In this document: positions 36,794 through 49,309 of the stretch, one piece after another | How the letters are laid out: every line of letters begins with the position of its first letter | Position numbering within the stretch: the stretch's first letter is position 1 | NCBI GenBank assembly: GCA_963575745.1 | Contig: CAUYUJ010000069.1 | Span: forward strand, 1-64,000 | Source: Prorocentrum cordatum | Lineage: Eukaryota | Direction: 5' to 3' | Length of the DNA: 64,000 bases | Notes under the pieces: model-generated | The model's database searches: none | The model's input: only the letters and a program-made list of their open reading frames with translations | What the model was told of the DNA's origin: nothing | Translations under genes and position numbers: made by a program

Positions 36794-36989
36794 TTATGTC
36801 GGTCGTGTCCCCCTACAGGAGGATTTTCGACGAAAAATAAAAAATGTACCCCCAAAAAGTACATCCAAAGGGTCCAAAACTATTCAAAACATAGTCCCTG
36901 GATTATTTCTGGATTATTTTTTGGCTACTTTTGGGGTATTGCTTATTTTTCGTCGAAGATCCCCCTGTACGGGGACAGACCCGACATAA
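36794..36989. mobile_element. MITE with ~47-bp TIRs (TTATGTCGG...CCGACATAA)
   Basis: TIR comparison; relatives at 50290-50481 and 56546-56886, the latter with a nested insertion. Confidence 0.75.
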
Positions 36990-37678
36990 GCATGGACGTC
37001 GGGCGCGTCCCTCTGCAGTCAGGCGATCGCGAGCATGGATCAGGGGGGCCTGGATGACAGCGACGGGTTCCGTTTCCGGGGGGAAGCGCGGAGTTGCGCC
37101 GCCGAGCGAGGCGGCACCGGCGGCATTTTGGGGAGGGCACTTCCCCCCATCCATGGAGTTGGCGACCGCGCGCCAGATCCATGAATCGCTGATCCATGTT
37201 CGCGCGCCCCCGATGTATAGGAGGAGTCTTCAAAGATAGCCAAAACATAGTATCGGGACGAAGTCTTCTAGCATTCGTTGACAGGGATCGCTAATCCATT
37301 AGTTCGATGACTAGTCTGCGCGCCCCCGGTTTCTTGTCCGCGTCGCGAGGTGATCTGGGGCCCCCCCCTCCTGCTTCCAGGCGTCCCACCGGTGCAGCTC
37401 CACAATGCATTAGTAGCACTAGTGTGCCCCCACTGGTGCAGCTCCGGTGCAGCTCCCACCGGTCCCAGGCTATGGGGACGATGTTTGTAGTATTCGGCTA
37501 TGGTCAGGAGGAAAAGAAACACAGACACAATTGATCATCGATTCCCCAGAAGATATGGGAAAATATGGGAAGTGGACGGGAAGACAGAAACCCAGAACAT
37601 ATGGGAAACTATGGGGGTGCTTTTGTTTGTGTGTATTTATTTGTGTGTCCTTGGGCCCCTTCGCATGGGGACGATGTT

Positions 37679-37865
37679 CCCAGACCCCCGACGTCATGAT
37701 TTTTTCATGACGTCGATCCCCAGCGGTCTGGACCACTTCCCCGGGACCGGCTTTTCCTTCCGAGTCGTGTTTTGACGGCCCCGAGGGCCGGTAAGGGCCC
37801 CCGGAGGCCGAAAATCCTGAAAAACTTGCCGTCGTGATTTTTGTCATGACTCGAGGGGGTCTGGG
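37679..37865. mobile_element. CCCAGACCCCC-family MITE, 15-bp flanking direct repeat
   Basis: catggggacgatgtt at 37664-37678 and 37866-37880. Confidence 0.88.
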
Positions 37866-38446
37866 CATGGGGACGATGTTTTGTGTGTATTTGTTTGTGT
37901 GTATTTGTTTGTGTGTAGGGAAGACAGAAACCCAGAAACCCAGAAAAGATGGGAAAATAGGGGGGATGATTTTGTTTGTGTGTATTTGTTTGTGTGTCCT
38001 TGGGCCCCTTCACATGGGGACGATGTTTAGGAGGAGGAGGAGGAGGAGGAGGAGGAGGAGGAGGAGGAGGAGGATGACGAGGAGGAGGAGGAGGAGGAGG
38101 AGGAGGAGGAGAGGAGGAGGACGAGGAGGAGGAGGAGGAGGAGGAGGAGGAGGAGGAGGAGGAGGAGTGGCATTCGTGGGCTGCGCGCGAGCACTGTTGG
38201 AGCCCGCCGGGGCCGGGCGCCGCGGTGCGGCCTCGGCCTCCGGGCGCTCGGCCCCCCGAGCGGGTCCGATGCGCGCCTCCGGGCACGGCTCGGGGGGGGG
38301 GAGCGGCACACAGACGCTGTGAATCCTCGACTCCCTCCTCCCTCCTCCCTCATCCCTCCTCCTCCCTCCTCCTCCTCCTCCTCCTCCTCCTCCTTCCGCC
38401 TCCTCCTCCTCCTCCTCCTCCTCCTCCTCCTCCTCCTCCTCCTCCT

Positions 38447-38958
38447 CCTCCTCCTATCGTCGACTCCCAGGGAAAATACGGGAAGTGGACGGGAAGACAG
38501 AAACCCAGAACATATGGGAAAATATGGGGGGTGCTTTTGTTTGTGTGTATTTCTTTTCCCATGGGCCCCTTCACATGGGGACGATGTTCCCAGACCCCCG
38601 ACGTCATGAATTTTTCATGACGTCGATCCCCGGCGGTCTGGACCCATTCCCTGGGACCGGCTTTTCCTCCCGAGTCGTTTTTTGACGGCCCCGATGGCCG
38701 GTCCTCCTCCTATCGTCGACTCCCAGGGAAAATACGGGAAGTGGACGGGAAGACAGAAACCCAGAACATATGGGAAAATATGGGGGGTGCTTTTGTTTGT
38801 GTGTATTTCTTTTCCCATGGGCCCCTTCACATGGGGACGATGTTCCCAGACCCCCGACGTCATGAATTTTTCATGACGTCGATCCCCGGCGGTCTGGACC
38901 CATTCCCTGGGACCGGCTTTTCCTCCCGAGTCGTTTTTTGACGGCCCCGATGGCCGGT
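38447..38958. repeat. near-identical 256-bp tandem duplication
   Basis: 38447-38702 matches 38703-38958 and includes most of a CCCAGACCCCC MITE. Confidence 0.85.
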
Positions 38959-39030
38959 AAGGGCCCCCGGAGGCCGAAAATCCTGAAAAATTTGCCGTCG
39001 TGATTTTTTCATGACTCGAGGGGGTCTGGG
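38845..39030. mobile_element. CCCAGACCCCC-family MITE, 12-bp flanking direct repeat
   Basis: ggggacgatgtt at 38833-38844 and 39031-39042. Confidence 0.85.
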
Positions 39031-39719
39031 GGGGACGATGTTTGGGGCAGGTGATGGAGAGGAGAGGAGTGGAGGCGGAGGGAGGAGGAGGGGAGGAGGA
39101 GGAGGAGGAGGAGGAGGAGGAGGAGAGGAGGAGGAGGAAGGAGAGAGGAGGAGGAGGAGAGAGGGAGGAGGAGGGAGGAGGATGGGAGGAGGAGGAGGGA
39201 GGAGAGGAGAGGAGAGGAGGAGGAGGAGGAGGAGGAGGAGGAGGAGGAGGAGGAGGAGTGGCATTCGTGGGCTGCGCTCGAGCATTGTTGGAGCCCGCCG
39301 GGGCCGGGCGCCGCAGTGCGGTCTCGGCCTCGGGGCGCTCGGCCCCCCGAGCCGGTCCGATCCGCGCCTCCGGGCACAGTCTCGGGGTGGGGAGCAGCAC
39401 ACAGACACTGTGAATCCTCCTCCGCCTCCTCCTCCCTCCTCCCTCCTCCCACCTCCCTCCTCCCCCCTCCTCCTCCTCCTCCTCCTCCTCTCCTCCTCTC
39501 CACCTCCTCCTCCTCCTCCTCCTCCTCCTCCTCCTATCGTCGACTCCCAAGAAAAGATAGGAACATATGGGAAGGGGGGGGGAGACGAAGGCCCAGAAGA
39601 GGCGCGGAAATGTGGCGGCCCCCGAGCCGGTCCGATCCGCGCCTCCGGGCACAGCTCGGGAGGGGGAGCAGCACACAGACGCTGTGGATCGTCGACTCCC
39701 AGGGAAAGATAGGAACACA

Positions 39720-39905
39720 CCCAGACCCCCTCGAGTCATGAAAAAATCATGACGCGAGGTTTTTCATGATTTTCGGCCTCCGGGGGCCCTCACCGGGCCT
39801 CGGGAGCGTCAAAAAACGACTCAGGACGAAAAACCGGTCCCGGGGAATGGGTCTGGACCTCTGGGGGTCGACGTCATGAAAAATTCATGACGTCGGGGGT
39901 CTGGG
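39720..39905. mobile_element. CCCAGACCCCC-family MITE (opposite orientation), 39-bp flanking direct repeat
   Basis: 39681-39719 vs 39906-39944, 35/39 identical. Confidence 0.85.
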
Positions 39906-40322
39906 ACTGTGAATCGTCGACTCCCAGGGAAAGATTGGAACATATGGGAAGGGGGGGGGAAGACGAAGGCCCAGAAGAGGTGCGGAAATGTGGCGGCCCC
40001 CGAGTTGGTCCGATCCGCTTCTCCAGGCACAGCTCGGGAGGGGGAGCAGCACACGGACGCTGTGAATCGTCGACTCCCAAGAAAAGATAGGAACATATAA
40101 GGGGGGGGAAGACTAAGACCCAGAAGAGGTGCGGAAATGTGGCGGATCCTGGGATTTGTGTGCAATATTTGCGTTTCCTTGGGCCTCTTTAACACAGAGC
40201 CACAACCACAACCAAGTGGATTTTTCGGGACCCACCGACGGACCTGGGCATGAGCACCTTGGTTGGGGTCGTGGTCGATGTGGCCGTGCCGGGACGCCCA
40301 CATTGACCGCAGCCATCACGAA

Positions 40323-40490
40323 TCGGGTGTTGCTAGAAGTGCCCCAGGCCCACGGTGCCCCAAGCTTTTCGCTCCATTCTTGAGCCCCTGATCCCCTCTG
40401 GGCCTCGTGAGGGGTGCCCTGGAGGCCGTCTGGGCCACCGCGAGAATCCTGGGGGTACCTTGGGCCAGGGGTACTTCTAGCAGCACCCGA
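40323..40490. mobile_element. 168-bp MITE, TCGGG...CCCGA ends, 5-bp TSD ACGAA
   Basis: TIR TCGGGTG(T/C)TGCTAGAAGT(G/A)CCCC(A/T)GGCCCA; ACGAA at 40318-40322 and 40491-40495. Confidence 0.9.
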
Positions 40491-41163
40491 ACGAAGCTGA
40501 TGCCAGTGTTCCGACAGTTCTTCGCATGCGCAGGGTGTGCCCTCGAAGTGGCTGTGGCCAGGAGGAGGCGGCGGAGGACGAGGAGGAGGAGGAGGATGAG
40601 GGACGAGGAGGAGGAGGACGAGGAGGAGGAGGAGGAGGAGGACGAGGAGGAGGATGAGGAGGAGGGACGAGGAGGAGGAGGAGGAGGAGGAGGGGAGGAG
40701 GAGGAGGAAGAGAAGGAGGAGGAGAGGAGGAGGAGAGGAGGAGGAGGCGGAGAAGGAGGAGGAGGGATGAGGGGAGAGAGAGGAGGAGGAGGAAGAAAGG
40801 AGGAGGCTAGGAGGCGGAGAGGGGAGGAGGAGGCGGAGGAGGCGGGGAGGGGAGAGGGGAAGGGAGGAGGGAGGAGGAGGGGAGGAAGGGAAGAGAGGGG
40901 GGGGAGGAGGAGGAGGAGGACACCCCCGCAGCTTCGCCTCCGATCCGCCGGCGCGCGGCCGCCCCGCTCGGGCCCGTGCCCCGTGCGGGGCCGGCGTCGG
41001 GCGGGGTGGGCCGGCGCTCCCCCCCGTGCGGAGGGGGCTCGCGGCTCCGTGCCCGAGGAGCTGGACGCGATCCTGGGCCGCCCGGGCGCGTCCGCTGCTG
41101 CGGCCCCCGCCCGCTGCGGCAGGCAGGCAGTCCGAGGAAGCGAGGTGTATACCCCACCCAGAG

Positions 41164-41301
41164 TAAAACGACACGAAGATCGGGGCAGAATCGGATCGGG
41201 ACGACTCGAAATCTCGGAGAACCGGCGGGAGCGTTCCGGAACGCTCTGAGAGCGCTCCGGAACGCTCTGGAGCGATTTATCCCGATCCTAGCCCTTTTTT
41301 A
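41164..41301. mobile_element. MITE, TAAAA...TTTTA ends, 5-bp TSD CAGAG
   Basis: CAGAG at 41159-41163 and 41302-41306; homologous to 32453-32625. Confidence 0.85.
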
Positions 41302-41675
41302 CAGAGATCCAGCGTGTGGGCAGAAAAAACAGGACGGGGGTCTGCGGCAGGTTTCGGCCCCTGGGGGTCCTCGCCGGGCCTCGGGACCGTCAGAGAAAGA
41401 TTCAGGTTGAGAAGCCGGTCCTGGGGAATGGGTCAAGATTTTTCCGGTGGCCGCGTATTGAAGCAATCACGACATCGGATCTCTGGGCATGCCGCTACCA
41501 TCGCCTCGTTTTCCCCTTTCTCGCCCCGCTGCAGGGCCCTCGCCGCCGCTGGATTCGCCTCGAAGTGCTGGCCAGGACGTACCCCAGGAGAAGCCCGGGG
41601 AGTGGCGTCATTGGTACTTCTTTTGGGTTCCGCATACAGAGGAGGACAAGATGCCCATACCGCCACCCTGGGGTT

Positions 41676-41851
41676 CCCATCAGAGCCCGTTCGGCGTCGG
41701 AGCCCACTCGGCCGCCGAGGGGGCTCATGATCGAGCCCACTCGGCGGCCGATCGGCTGCCCCGCATTGCCTCGACCCTGTCAGAGCTGTGCCCGATCGGC
41801 TGCCCGTTCGGCGGCCGAGCGGGCTCAGACGCTGAACGGGCTCATAAGGGA
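41676..41851. mobile_element. fold-back element with ~45-bp imperfect inverted repeats
   Basis: gagcccgttcggcgtcggagcccactcggccgccga vs tcggcggccgagcgggctcagacgctgaacgggctc; no TSD found. Confidence 0.55.
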
Positions 41852-42324
41852 GGCATAGGGCAGAGAGAGTTTTTCACACCCTGGCGATACAGTGGAGGCC
41901 CATGCCAAGAAACATCCTGCTTGCCTCCAGGGTGCCCTGGGTTTCTTGGGCTTCGATGGTTTTGCTATGGAAAGCGTGACGCTCCCGCACGAAAGATCAA
42001 TGGACGTCCTGGAGTCTCAGGGTTGGGTTTCTTGTGGAAGGTTTCTGGTGGTCGGGCCCCTACTGTAACGGGCGTGACTTGGGGGGAGGGGGGGGGGGCT
42101 TGGCCGGTCCTATAAGGAAGAAATTCTAGACGCTTCGCGTATCCCCACCAGTGCCTGCCGCTGGCGCTTCCGCCTGCGGCTGTTTTTTTACCTAACAGCG
42201 AAGACTGATAGGTTTCTAGTAGGCTCAAAAGAGAGCAGCAGATGACTCCACAGGGGGGTTTGGGCAGCCGTTGGGGAGGTGTTGGGGTTTGCCGGCGGGG
42301 ATCGTTTTTCGCATACAGTCACAC

Positions 42325-42850
42325 ACTTCGTTCTCTTCGACCTCCCAGAACTCCATTCCCGGGCCACATTCTGAATGCCCGGAGCCAACTGTAGGCCACT
42401 TCGTGCTCTTCGACTTCCCAGAACTCCATTCCCGGGCCACATTTTGAATGCCCGGAGCCAACTGTATGCCACTTCGTGGTCTTCCCAGAACTCCATTCCC
42501 GGGCCACATTTTGAATGCCCGTAGCCAACTGTAGGCAACTTCGTGCTCTTTTGAATGCCCGGAGCCAACTGTAGGCCACTTCGTGCTCTTCGAGTTCCCA
42601 GAACTCCATTCCCGGGCCAGATTTTGGATGCCCGGAGCCAACTGTAGGCCACTTCGTGGTTTTCGAGTTCCCAGAACTCCATTCCCGGGCCAGATTTTGA
42701 ATGCCCAGAGCCAGCTGTAGGCCACTTCGTGGTCTTCGACTTCCCAGAACTCCATTCCTGGGCATGAATTTGAATGCCCGGAGCCAACTGTAGGCCACTT
42801 CGTGTTCTTCGAGTTCCCAGAACTACATTCCCGGGCCACATTTTGAATGC
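42325..42850. repeat. ~64-bp minisatellite, ~8 units
   Basis: cccagaactccattcccgggccacattttgaatgcccggagccaactgtaggccacttcgtg recurring. Confidence 0.92.
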
Positions 42851-43135
42851 TGAGGCAGGCTGAGGCTGAGGCTGAGGCTGAGGCAGGCTGATGCTGAGGC
42901 AGGCTGAGGCTGAGGCTGAGGCTGATGCAGGCTGAGGCTGAGGCAGCCTGAGGCTGACGCCGCGGCTGAAGGCAGACTGAGGCTGAGGCTGAAGCAGGCT
43001 GAGGCTGAGGCTGAGGCAGGCTGAGGCTGAGGCAGGCTGAGGCTGAGGCTGAGGCACGCTGAGGCTGAGGCTGTGACTGTGACTGCCGTTGCCACTGCGA
43101 CTGTCATCGCGAATGCGACTACGACTGCGAGAACA
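42850..43135. repeat. (GCTGAG)n simple repeat grading into (GACTGY)n
   Basis: Direct reading. Confidence 0.9.
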
Positions 43136-43334
43136 GCAGAATTCTACAACTGGATTCTCATCTGAATCTTAAGGGGATTGCTTCCAGATATGCTCCTACA
43201 CATCGCTGTTAGGTTGCTTTGCCCGATATAATTATTTTTGCTTATATTCAAACAACAACAAAAAACGTATCCCCACCAGCCCGTCCAGAAACGACGCCCA
43301 GGCGAGTAGAGGGTCGGCCTGAGGGGCTTTTCGG

Positions 43335-44050
43335 CGTCTTGGGTGCCTCGGGGGGGCCTCTGTGGGCCGTTCGGGATCCTCTTTGGGGCCTCCTGGGGGC
43401 CTCTTGGGGCCTCTTGGGGCCATCTTGGGGCCTCTGGGGGGTCTCTGGGAGCACCTTGGGTGCCTCTGGGGCCTCTGGGAGCACCTTGGGTGCCTCTGGG
43501 GGGTCTCTTGGGGCCTCTTGGGGGTCTCTTGGGGGCCTCCTGGGGGCCTCTTGGGGGGCCTCTTGGGGCCATCTTGGGGCCATCCTGCGGCCTCTTGGGG
43601 CATCCTGGGGGCCTCTTGTCAAAGAAAGCGGAAGCACTAATTAGCGTCGCTCCTGGAAAGCCTCTAAAATCGCCTCCTGAACCGCTCTTTGAGGGCTCTT
43701 GGAGCGCTCTTGGGCGCTCTTTGCGCCGTCTTCGGGCTTTCTTGGGCCCTTCTTGGAGCTATATTGAGCCATCTTGGAGCTATCTTGACGCCTCGGGTGG
43801 GCATCGGAAGCGAAAGCGCGAGAACGCCAAAAACATTGATTTCCCATAGGGTTTTGAAACATTTTGGCTTCTTGGGGGCATCCGAGGGGAGCTCTAGTGG
43901 ACACTTAGAGCCGTCTTGGGGCGGTCTTGGAGCGTCTTGGAGCATCTTCGGAACCATCTTGAGGCATCTTGCGCTATCTTGAACCATCTTGGAGGCGATC
44001 TTGGGCTCCCTGAGGCCCTCTTGGAGTCGTCTTGGCTCATCTTGGACGCT
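43335..44050. repeat. degenerate 10-11-bp repeat (gggcctcttg / catcttggag)
   Basis: Direct reading. Confidence 0.75.
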
Positions 44051-44798
44051 CCAACGCGTCGCGGCCCCCCCTGTCCAGGTCAGTGGGGAGGGGGTGGGGG
44101 GAGGGGTAAACCCCTCTCCGAAGGGGAAGACGGAGGATGGAAGAAGAAACGCTCTAAACCACCGACGCCCAGAGGGCTGGTGGGATTGGCTCCTACCTGT
44201 CCTTCGTCGCCACGGCTGGATTCGCCTCGGAATCTTGGTAAGAACGCATCCTGGAGCAGGCCCGGGGAGCAGCGGCAGCGGCATCTTTGTGCTCCCCGAG
44301 GCAAGGGCCTGCCTTGAGGCGACTGGGGGCTGCTGCTGGCGTGGTGCCCCCCCCGCCATATTCCCGCTCCCCCCTGCAGTCGGGGCCCTGAAGAAGGAAC
44401 CCTTTTCGTTGGGGAGGGGCTCCGCGTTCCTTCAGTGTTTCGCAGCTTGCCTCAGGTTTTCCTTATGTTTTCGATCGGAAGTCGAAGTTTAACTCATGGA
44501 AAAAAAGTGGCCTCGTTCCTTATTTTGGGTTCCTTAGGTCAAGCCCCCGACTGCGTCCCTGGAGCAGGGCTGGTCTAGACCACGGCGGCCCTGCTTTGCG
44601 GTCTGGGTCCTTGTCGGGCGAGGTCTCGAGCAGCGGGGCAGGCTGGACCCCGGGAGGGGTCCGGGGTCCACTGGGGGCCGAAGCGCGCGGAGCTGGGGAC
44701 GAGTGGCGGGAGAGCCGCCGTGGTCTCGCCTGGCCCTCCTCTCCGACCTCGAGGAAGGCCAGCGGACCACCTGCACCGACCCCAGGCGGGACGATCCT

Positions 44799-44970
44799 TC
44801 GGAGGTGGACAGAACCCCCAACAGTGACACGTCGATTAGTGAATTGTCCGTTTTCGGTTCTCGAAAGGGCGCCGTGTCCGTTATTTTCCAGGCTTGCGCC
44901 CGACAGGTTTGGGCCTCGGGTTGTTTTCACTAAACCACGTTTTACTAAAGGGGGGTCTGTCCAACCCCGA
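44799..44970. mobile_element. 172-bp MITE, TCGG...CCGA ends, 5-bp TSD ATCCT
   Basis: TCGGAGGTGGACAGAACCCCC / GGGGGTCTGTCCAACCCCGA; ATCCT at 44794-44798 and 44971-44975. Confidence 0.9.
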
Positions 44971-47680
44971 ATCCTGGGCGCAGTTTTGGGGTGCGTGCCT
45001 CCCTGGCTATGCCGGGAGGGCGTGTCCACAGGGCCTGGCCCCAGGAGGGGCCCGGCCGGGCTCGGCGAGTTGTTCGGTGGCCGTTCCCCGACGTCTGCGG
45101 CCGCCTGCGAGTTTGCAGCGCACAGTAAGGGTGAGCAGATTTCCACGGGTCTCCTTGCATCCTTGCCCCTCCTCCTCCTCCTCCTCCTCCTCCTCCTCCT
45201 CCTCCTCCTCCTCCTCCTCACGCTTCCGCCTCCTCCTCCTCCTCCTCCTCCCTCCTCCCCTCCGCCTCCTCCTCCTCCACCTCCTCCTCCTCCTCCACCT
45301 CCTCCTCCTCCTCCTCCGTCCTCCTCCTCCTCCTACCTCCTCCTCCCCCCCCCTCCTCCTCCTCCTCCTCCTCCTCCTCCTCCTCCTCCTCTATCTGAAT
45401 TTGGGCAGTCGCTGGAGAACGACTTCATTGCCTACTCCAACGTCTAACTACCTCGGGCCCCGGCCCGCCCGCGCCGGCCCCCCGGGCCCCGCCAGCCACT
45501 GGCCGGCGGACACGCCCGCCTCGCCTCGCCTCGCCCTCTCGAAAAGCGCCGGCACGCCCTTCCAAGGCCATTGCATCATCTCCGTGCATCCGTATACGCG
45601 GTGAACATCCCTGCAAGTAGGGGGGTCACATGGCTGCTGGCATTAAGTCGGGCATGTCCCTCCAGAGGGAATATTCAAAAGTAGGTTTGAACAAAAAGTC
45701 GGGTAATGTGTTTTCGATTATGCGGGTTTTTCGTTCGTATTTTTTCCGTCCAAAATCCGCCTGTAGGAGGACATGCCTGACCTAAGGGTAGGGTTCACCT
45801 GTGGTTGCCTGCTCCTCCCCCTCCCCAGGCCCCCTCGGGTCGCGACTAAAGTCACGACGTGAGCTTTTGGTCGTTGTCGGCCTCCGCGGACCGTCCAAAG
45901 AGCGACTCGGGACGCAACGTCGGTCCTGGGGAAGGGATCGAGACTTCTGGGGCTCGAGTGGCGAAAACAGCATGACGTCAGGGGGTCTCCTCTCGGGGTG
46001 GGCGAAAGGCTTGGCATCGCTCGGACGTGTGCGTTTCTTCCCAGCGAGGGCCATGGAGGAGCATCCTGGATCATCTTGCGAAACACGCACGACATCGACA
46101 CATGTACGGGGAACGCACGTCCGAGCGACGGCGAGCAGGGGGGGCAGGGGGGGACGTGCGGGGGAGATAACGGAAGCGGCCTCCCGCAGCTGGCTGTTCG
46201 GCCCCGCCGCGCGAACATTCGCCTCGTCGCGCGACGGCTCGAGGCGCCCAGGAAGCGAGCAGCTCGCAGCTCATTCGCTGGCATCCCTTTCGGCGGCGAG
46301 CTAGGGGGGAAACGAGAAGACGAAGGCCTTCTCAGACGATGTGCTTGTTTTCCACCACCACCACCATAAGTTGGGGGGGAGGGTGTCCTCCTCCTCCTCC
46401 TCCTCCTCCTCTTCTTCGTCCTCCTCCTCGTCCTCCTCCCTCCCCCCTCCAACTCAGGGTGGTGTTTGTGGAAAACAGGCCCATCATCAGAAGGCGGCGG
46501 GACTTCTCAGAAGTTCTCGACCGTCAAGTCTGCCATCCCGGGCCCAAGATCTCCCGGCCTCGGGCCCGGGATGAGCTCAGAGCTGACCCTGCCCGTTCGG
46601 CCTGGAGGACGCACCCTCCGATGTCCTGGCATCGCTGGGACATGTGTATTTTTTTTCTCGGCGAGGACCCTTGAGGACCATCCTGGACCATCCTGGACCA
46701 TCGAGCAAAAAAAACATGCACGAAACCGAAACATGCACGGGAAATGGACGTCCCAGCGACGGCAAGATGTAGGATGCCTCTCCTGGGAGGTTGCGTAGTT
46801 AACCAAGGCGGTCATTCAGCGGCGAACGACCCAGGGGGAAGTGAGAAGGAGGATGCCTTCTCAGACGGCGGCGGGACTTCTCGGAAGCCCGCGGGCCCCC
46901 TGATAAGTCCTGTGTGTCTTCGGGGGAGGCTCAGGAAGCTTCTCAGAATGCTCGGGGGACTTCCGAGCCCGCTCCTTCTCACAGCCCCCCCGGGCGCACC
47001 GCCTACAGTGAGCGACTTGAATAAGGAACACTTGCTTTTCAAAAGGGGCTCTGTCGTTCCTTAGGCTTGCATGCGTTACTTATCGCTGCTTAGGCGTTAT
47101 GGATTGATTATCAGCGCTTGTGCGTTATTCTTCAGAAGAAAAAGAGCTTCGTTCCTGATGCATCGTTCCTTAGGTCAGGCCGATGACTGTATACGCGTTG
47201 AATGTACCCCTTCGGGTCCAGTCGGCGCCAGGGTGTCGAACATCCCTGCAGCAAGCAGAAAGGGTCCGCATGGCTGCCAGCATCCTTCAGGATCACCCGG
47301 CCCCCGCCGGCGTTTTCCGCAGTCCCTGACCCTCAAAGGCAGGGCGCGGTCGCGCCCGGCCCCTCTCCGGGAGGCATACCGTCGGGCCGCTGAAGAAGGA
47401 GCCCTTTTCGTTTGGGAGGGGCTCAGTGTTCCTCAGTGGTTTCACATCGTTCCTTGGGCTCTCCAGGGCTATCCTATGGAACATCGGAGTTTAGCTTATG
47501 GGAAAAAGGGGCCTCGCTCCTGGTCCATCGTTCCTCAGGTCAGCGCCCCGAGAGTACGCAAAAGCCGGGGCGCCGTGCCTCTCCGGGAGGCATGCCCGAG
47601 AATTGCATGTGTCTCCTATATTTCTCAGACGATTCGAACCTCGAAGATCATAACTATGGTAAACATATGATGTCCTTAAA

Positions 47681-47866
47681 CCCAGACCCCCGGCGTCATG
47701 ATTTTTTCATGACGTCGACCCCCAGCGGTCTGGACTCATTCCCCGGGACCGGTTTTTCCTCCTGAGTCGTTTTTTGACGGCCCCGAGGGCCGGTAAGGGC
47801 CCCCAGAGGCCGAAAATCATGAAAAACTTCGCGTCGTGATTTTTTCATAACTCGAGGGGGTCTGGG
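47681..47866. mobile_element. CCCAGACCCCC-family MITE, 19-bp flanking direct repeat
   Basis: 47662-47680 vs 47867-47885 (16/19 identical); single-copy empty site in paralog at 48080-48170. Confidence 0.85.
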
Positions 47867-47912
47867 AACATCTCATGTCCTCAAACTCTACACCCAAAAT
47901 GAAGATGGGGTA

Positions 47913-48077
47913 CACCTTAGGCGATGCTTAAGAAAACTTGAGTTTTCGGCCAGAGTCTCGATTATTCTTAATGTTTCAATGTAAATCCTAAGATTTTGAC
48001 AGAAACGTTGGGGTTATCTTCAAGTTCTGAGACTATGAGTTTCTTAACCCATGATTTCTAAAGCATTTCGCAGGGTG
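47913..48077. mobile_element. MITE with CACC...GGTG ends and TA duplication (Tc1/mariner-like signature)
   Basis: ta-CACCTTAGGCGATGCTTAAGAAA...TTTCTAAAGCATTTCGCAGGGTG-ta; second copy at 56690-56853. Confidence 0.8.
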
Positions 48078-48945
48078 TATATTTCTCAAACGATCAGAAC
48101 CTCGAACATCAGAACTACGTCAGAACATCTCATGCCCTCAAGCTCTATACCCAAAAGGAAGATGGGGTGCGCAAAAGCCGGGGCGCCGTGCCCCATGTCC
48201 GGGGGCAGTGGCCATGCGAAGTTGTCGAGGCATCCAGCCGCCGTGGTCGACGTGAGGTGTAGAAAAAAAAATGAAAAAAAGCCGGGGCGCCGAAGCCCTG
48301 CTCCTCGGTATCCGCCGGCCGGGCCGACGACGGCACCCCCGAGAGCTCTCCCCCGAGAGCTCTCTTCGGCGCCGCTCGGCGCCTCCCAGGGTGCGAAAGG
48401 CCGCCCGGGCTGCCTCGGCAGCCCGTCGCGGGGGGGGGGGCCGGCTCGGCGCCCCCTCGGGGCGGTCCCTCGACGGCCCCGGCAGGGGCAGGCCAAGATC
48501 GGGCCGGGCGAAAGGGGGGGATTGGGAAAGGGGGGGGGTACGAAATTTGCTGCATGCAGCTGGTTCCGGCCTCACCGAGGGGCCCGTTCCTCGATACATG
48601 CCCACCTTTGCTATCCCCCCCTTTCGCCCGACCCGGGGGGCCGGCTCGGCGCCCCCCCGGAGCGGTCCCTCGACGGCCCCGGAGGGGCAGGCCGAGAAGC
48701 CGAGGTCGGGGGCGGAAAAGAGGGGGGTGATGACTAGGGGGGGGTGGACATCATGGCGGGGAGCACGATGTTTCCCCAGATTTCATGGCGCCTCTTGTTA
48801 TTTCACTACGTCCCTGGCCCCCCCGCTGGGCCGCGCAGCCTCCGGGCGGTGGCCGCCCGGAGGCCTCGGCAGCCCGTCGCGGGGGGGGCCGGCTCGGCGC
48901 CCCCCTCGGGGCGGTCCCTCGACGGCCCCGGCAGGGGCAGGCCGA

Positions 48946-49309
48946 CCCAGACCCCCTCGAGTAGTGAAAAAATCATGACGGCAGGTGTTTCGCTATTTTC
49001 GGCCTCCGGGGGCCCTCACCGGGCCTCGGGAGTGTCAAAAAACGACTCAGGATGCAAAGCCGGTCATGGGGAAAGGGTCCAGACCTGGGGGGGCCGGCTC
49101 TCTGGGGGGGCCGGCTCGGCGCCCCCCCCAGAGATCCAACGTATTGAAAAAATCAAGACGCAGGTTTTTCGTAATTTTCGACCTCTAGGGGCCGTCGCCG
49201 GGCCCTGGGAGCGTCAAAAAACGACTCAGGATGCAAAGCCGGTCATGGGGAGAGGGTCGGGACCTCTGGGGGGCGCGTCATGAAAAAATCATGACGTCGG
49301 GGGTCTAGG
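48946..49309. mobile_element. internally duplicated CCCAGACCCCC-family MITE, ~42-bp flanking direct repeat
   Basis: cctcggggcggtccctcgacggccccgg(c)aggggcaggccga at 48904-48945 and 49310-49350. Confidence 0.8.

Noticed and set aside
42518..42532. Dinoflagellate spliced-leader relic (CCGTAGCCA)
   Set aside because: Only 9 nt match, and it is a variant of the minisatellite unit ccggagcca.
42325..42850. CRISPR-like 64-bp periodicity and 289-aa minus-strand ORF
   Set aside because: Units are near-identical throughout; the ORF is a translation of the minisatellite.
47676..47870. piggyBac (TTAA) or 2-bp-TSD CACTA assignment for the CCC-ended family
   Set aside because: TTAA is not duplicated, and a 2-bp match holds at only this copy, where it is part of a 19-bp duplication.
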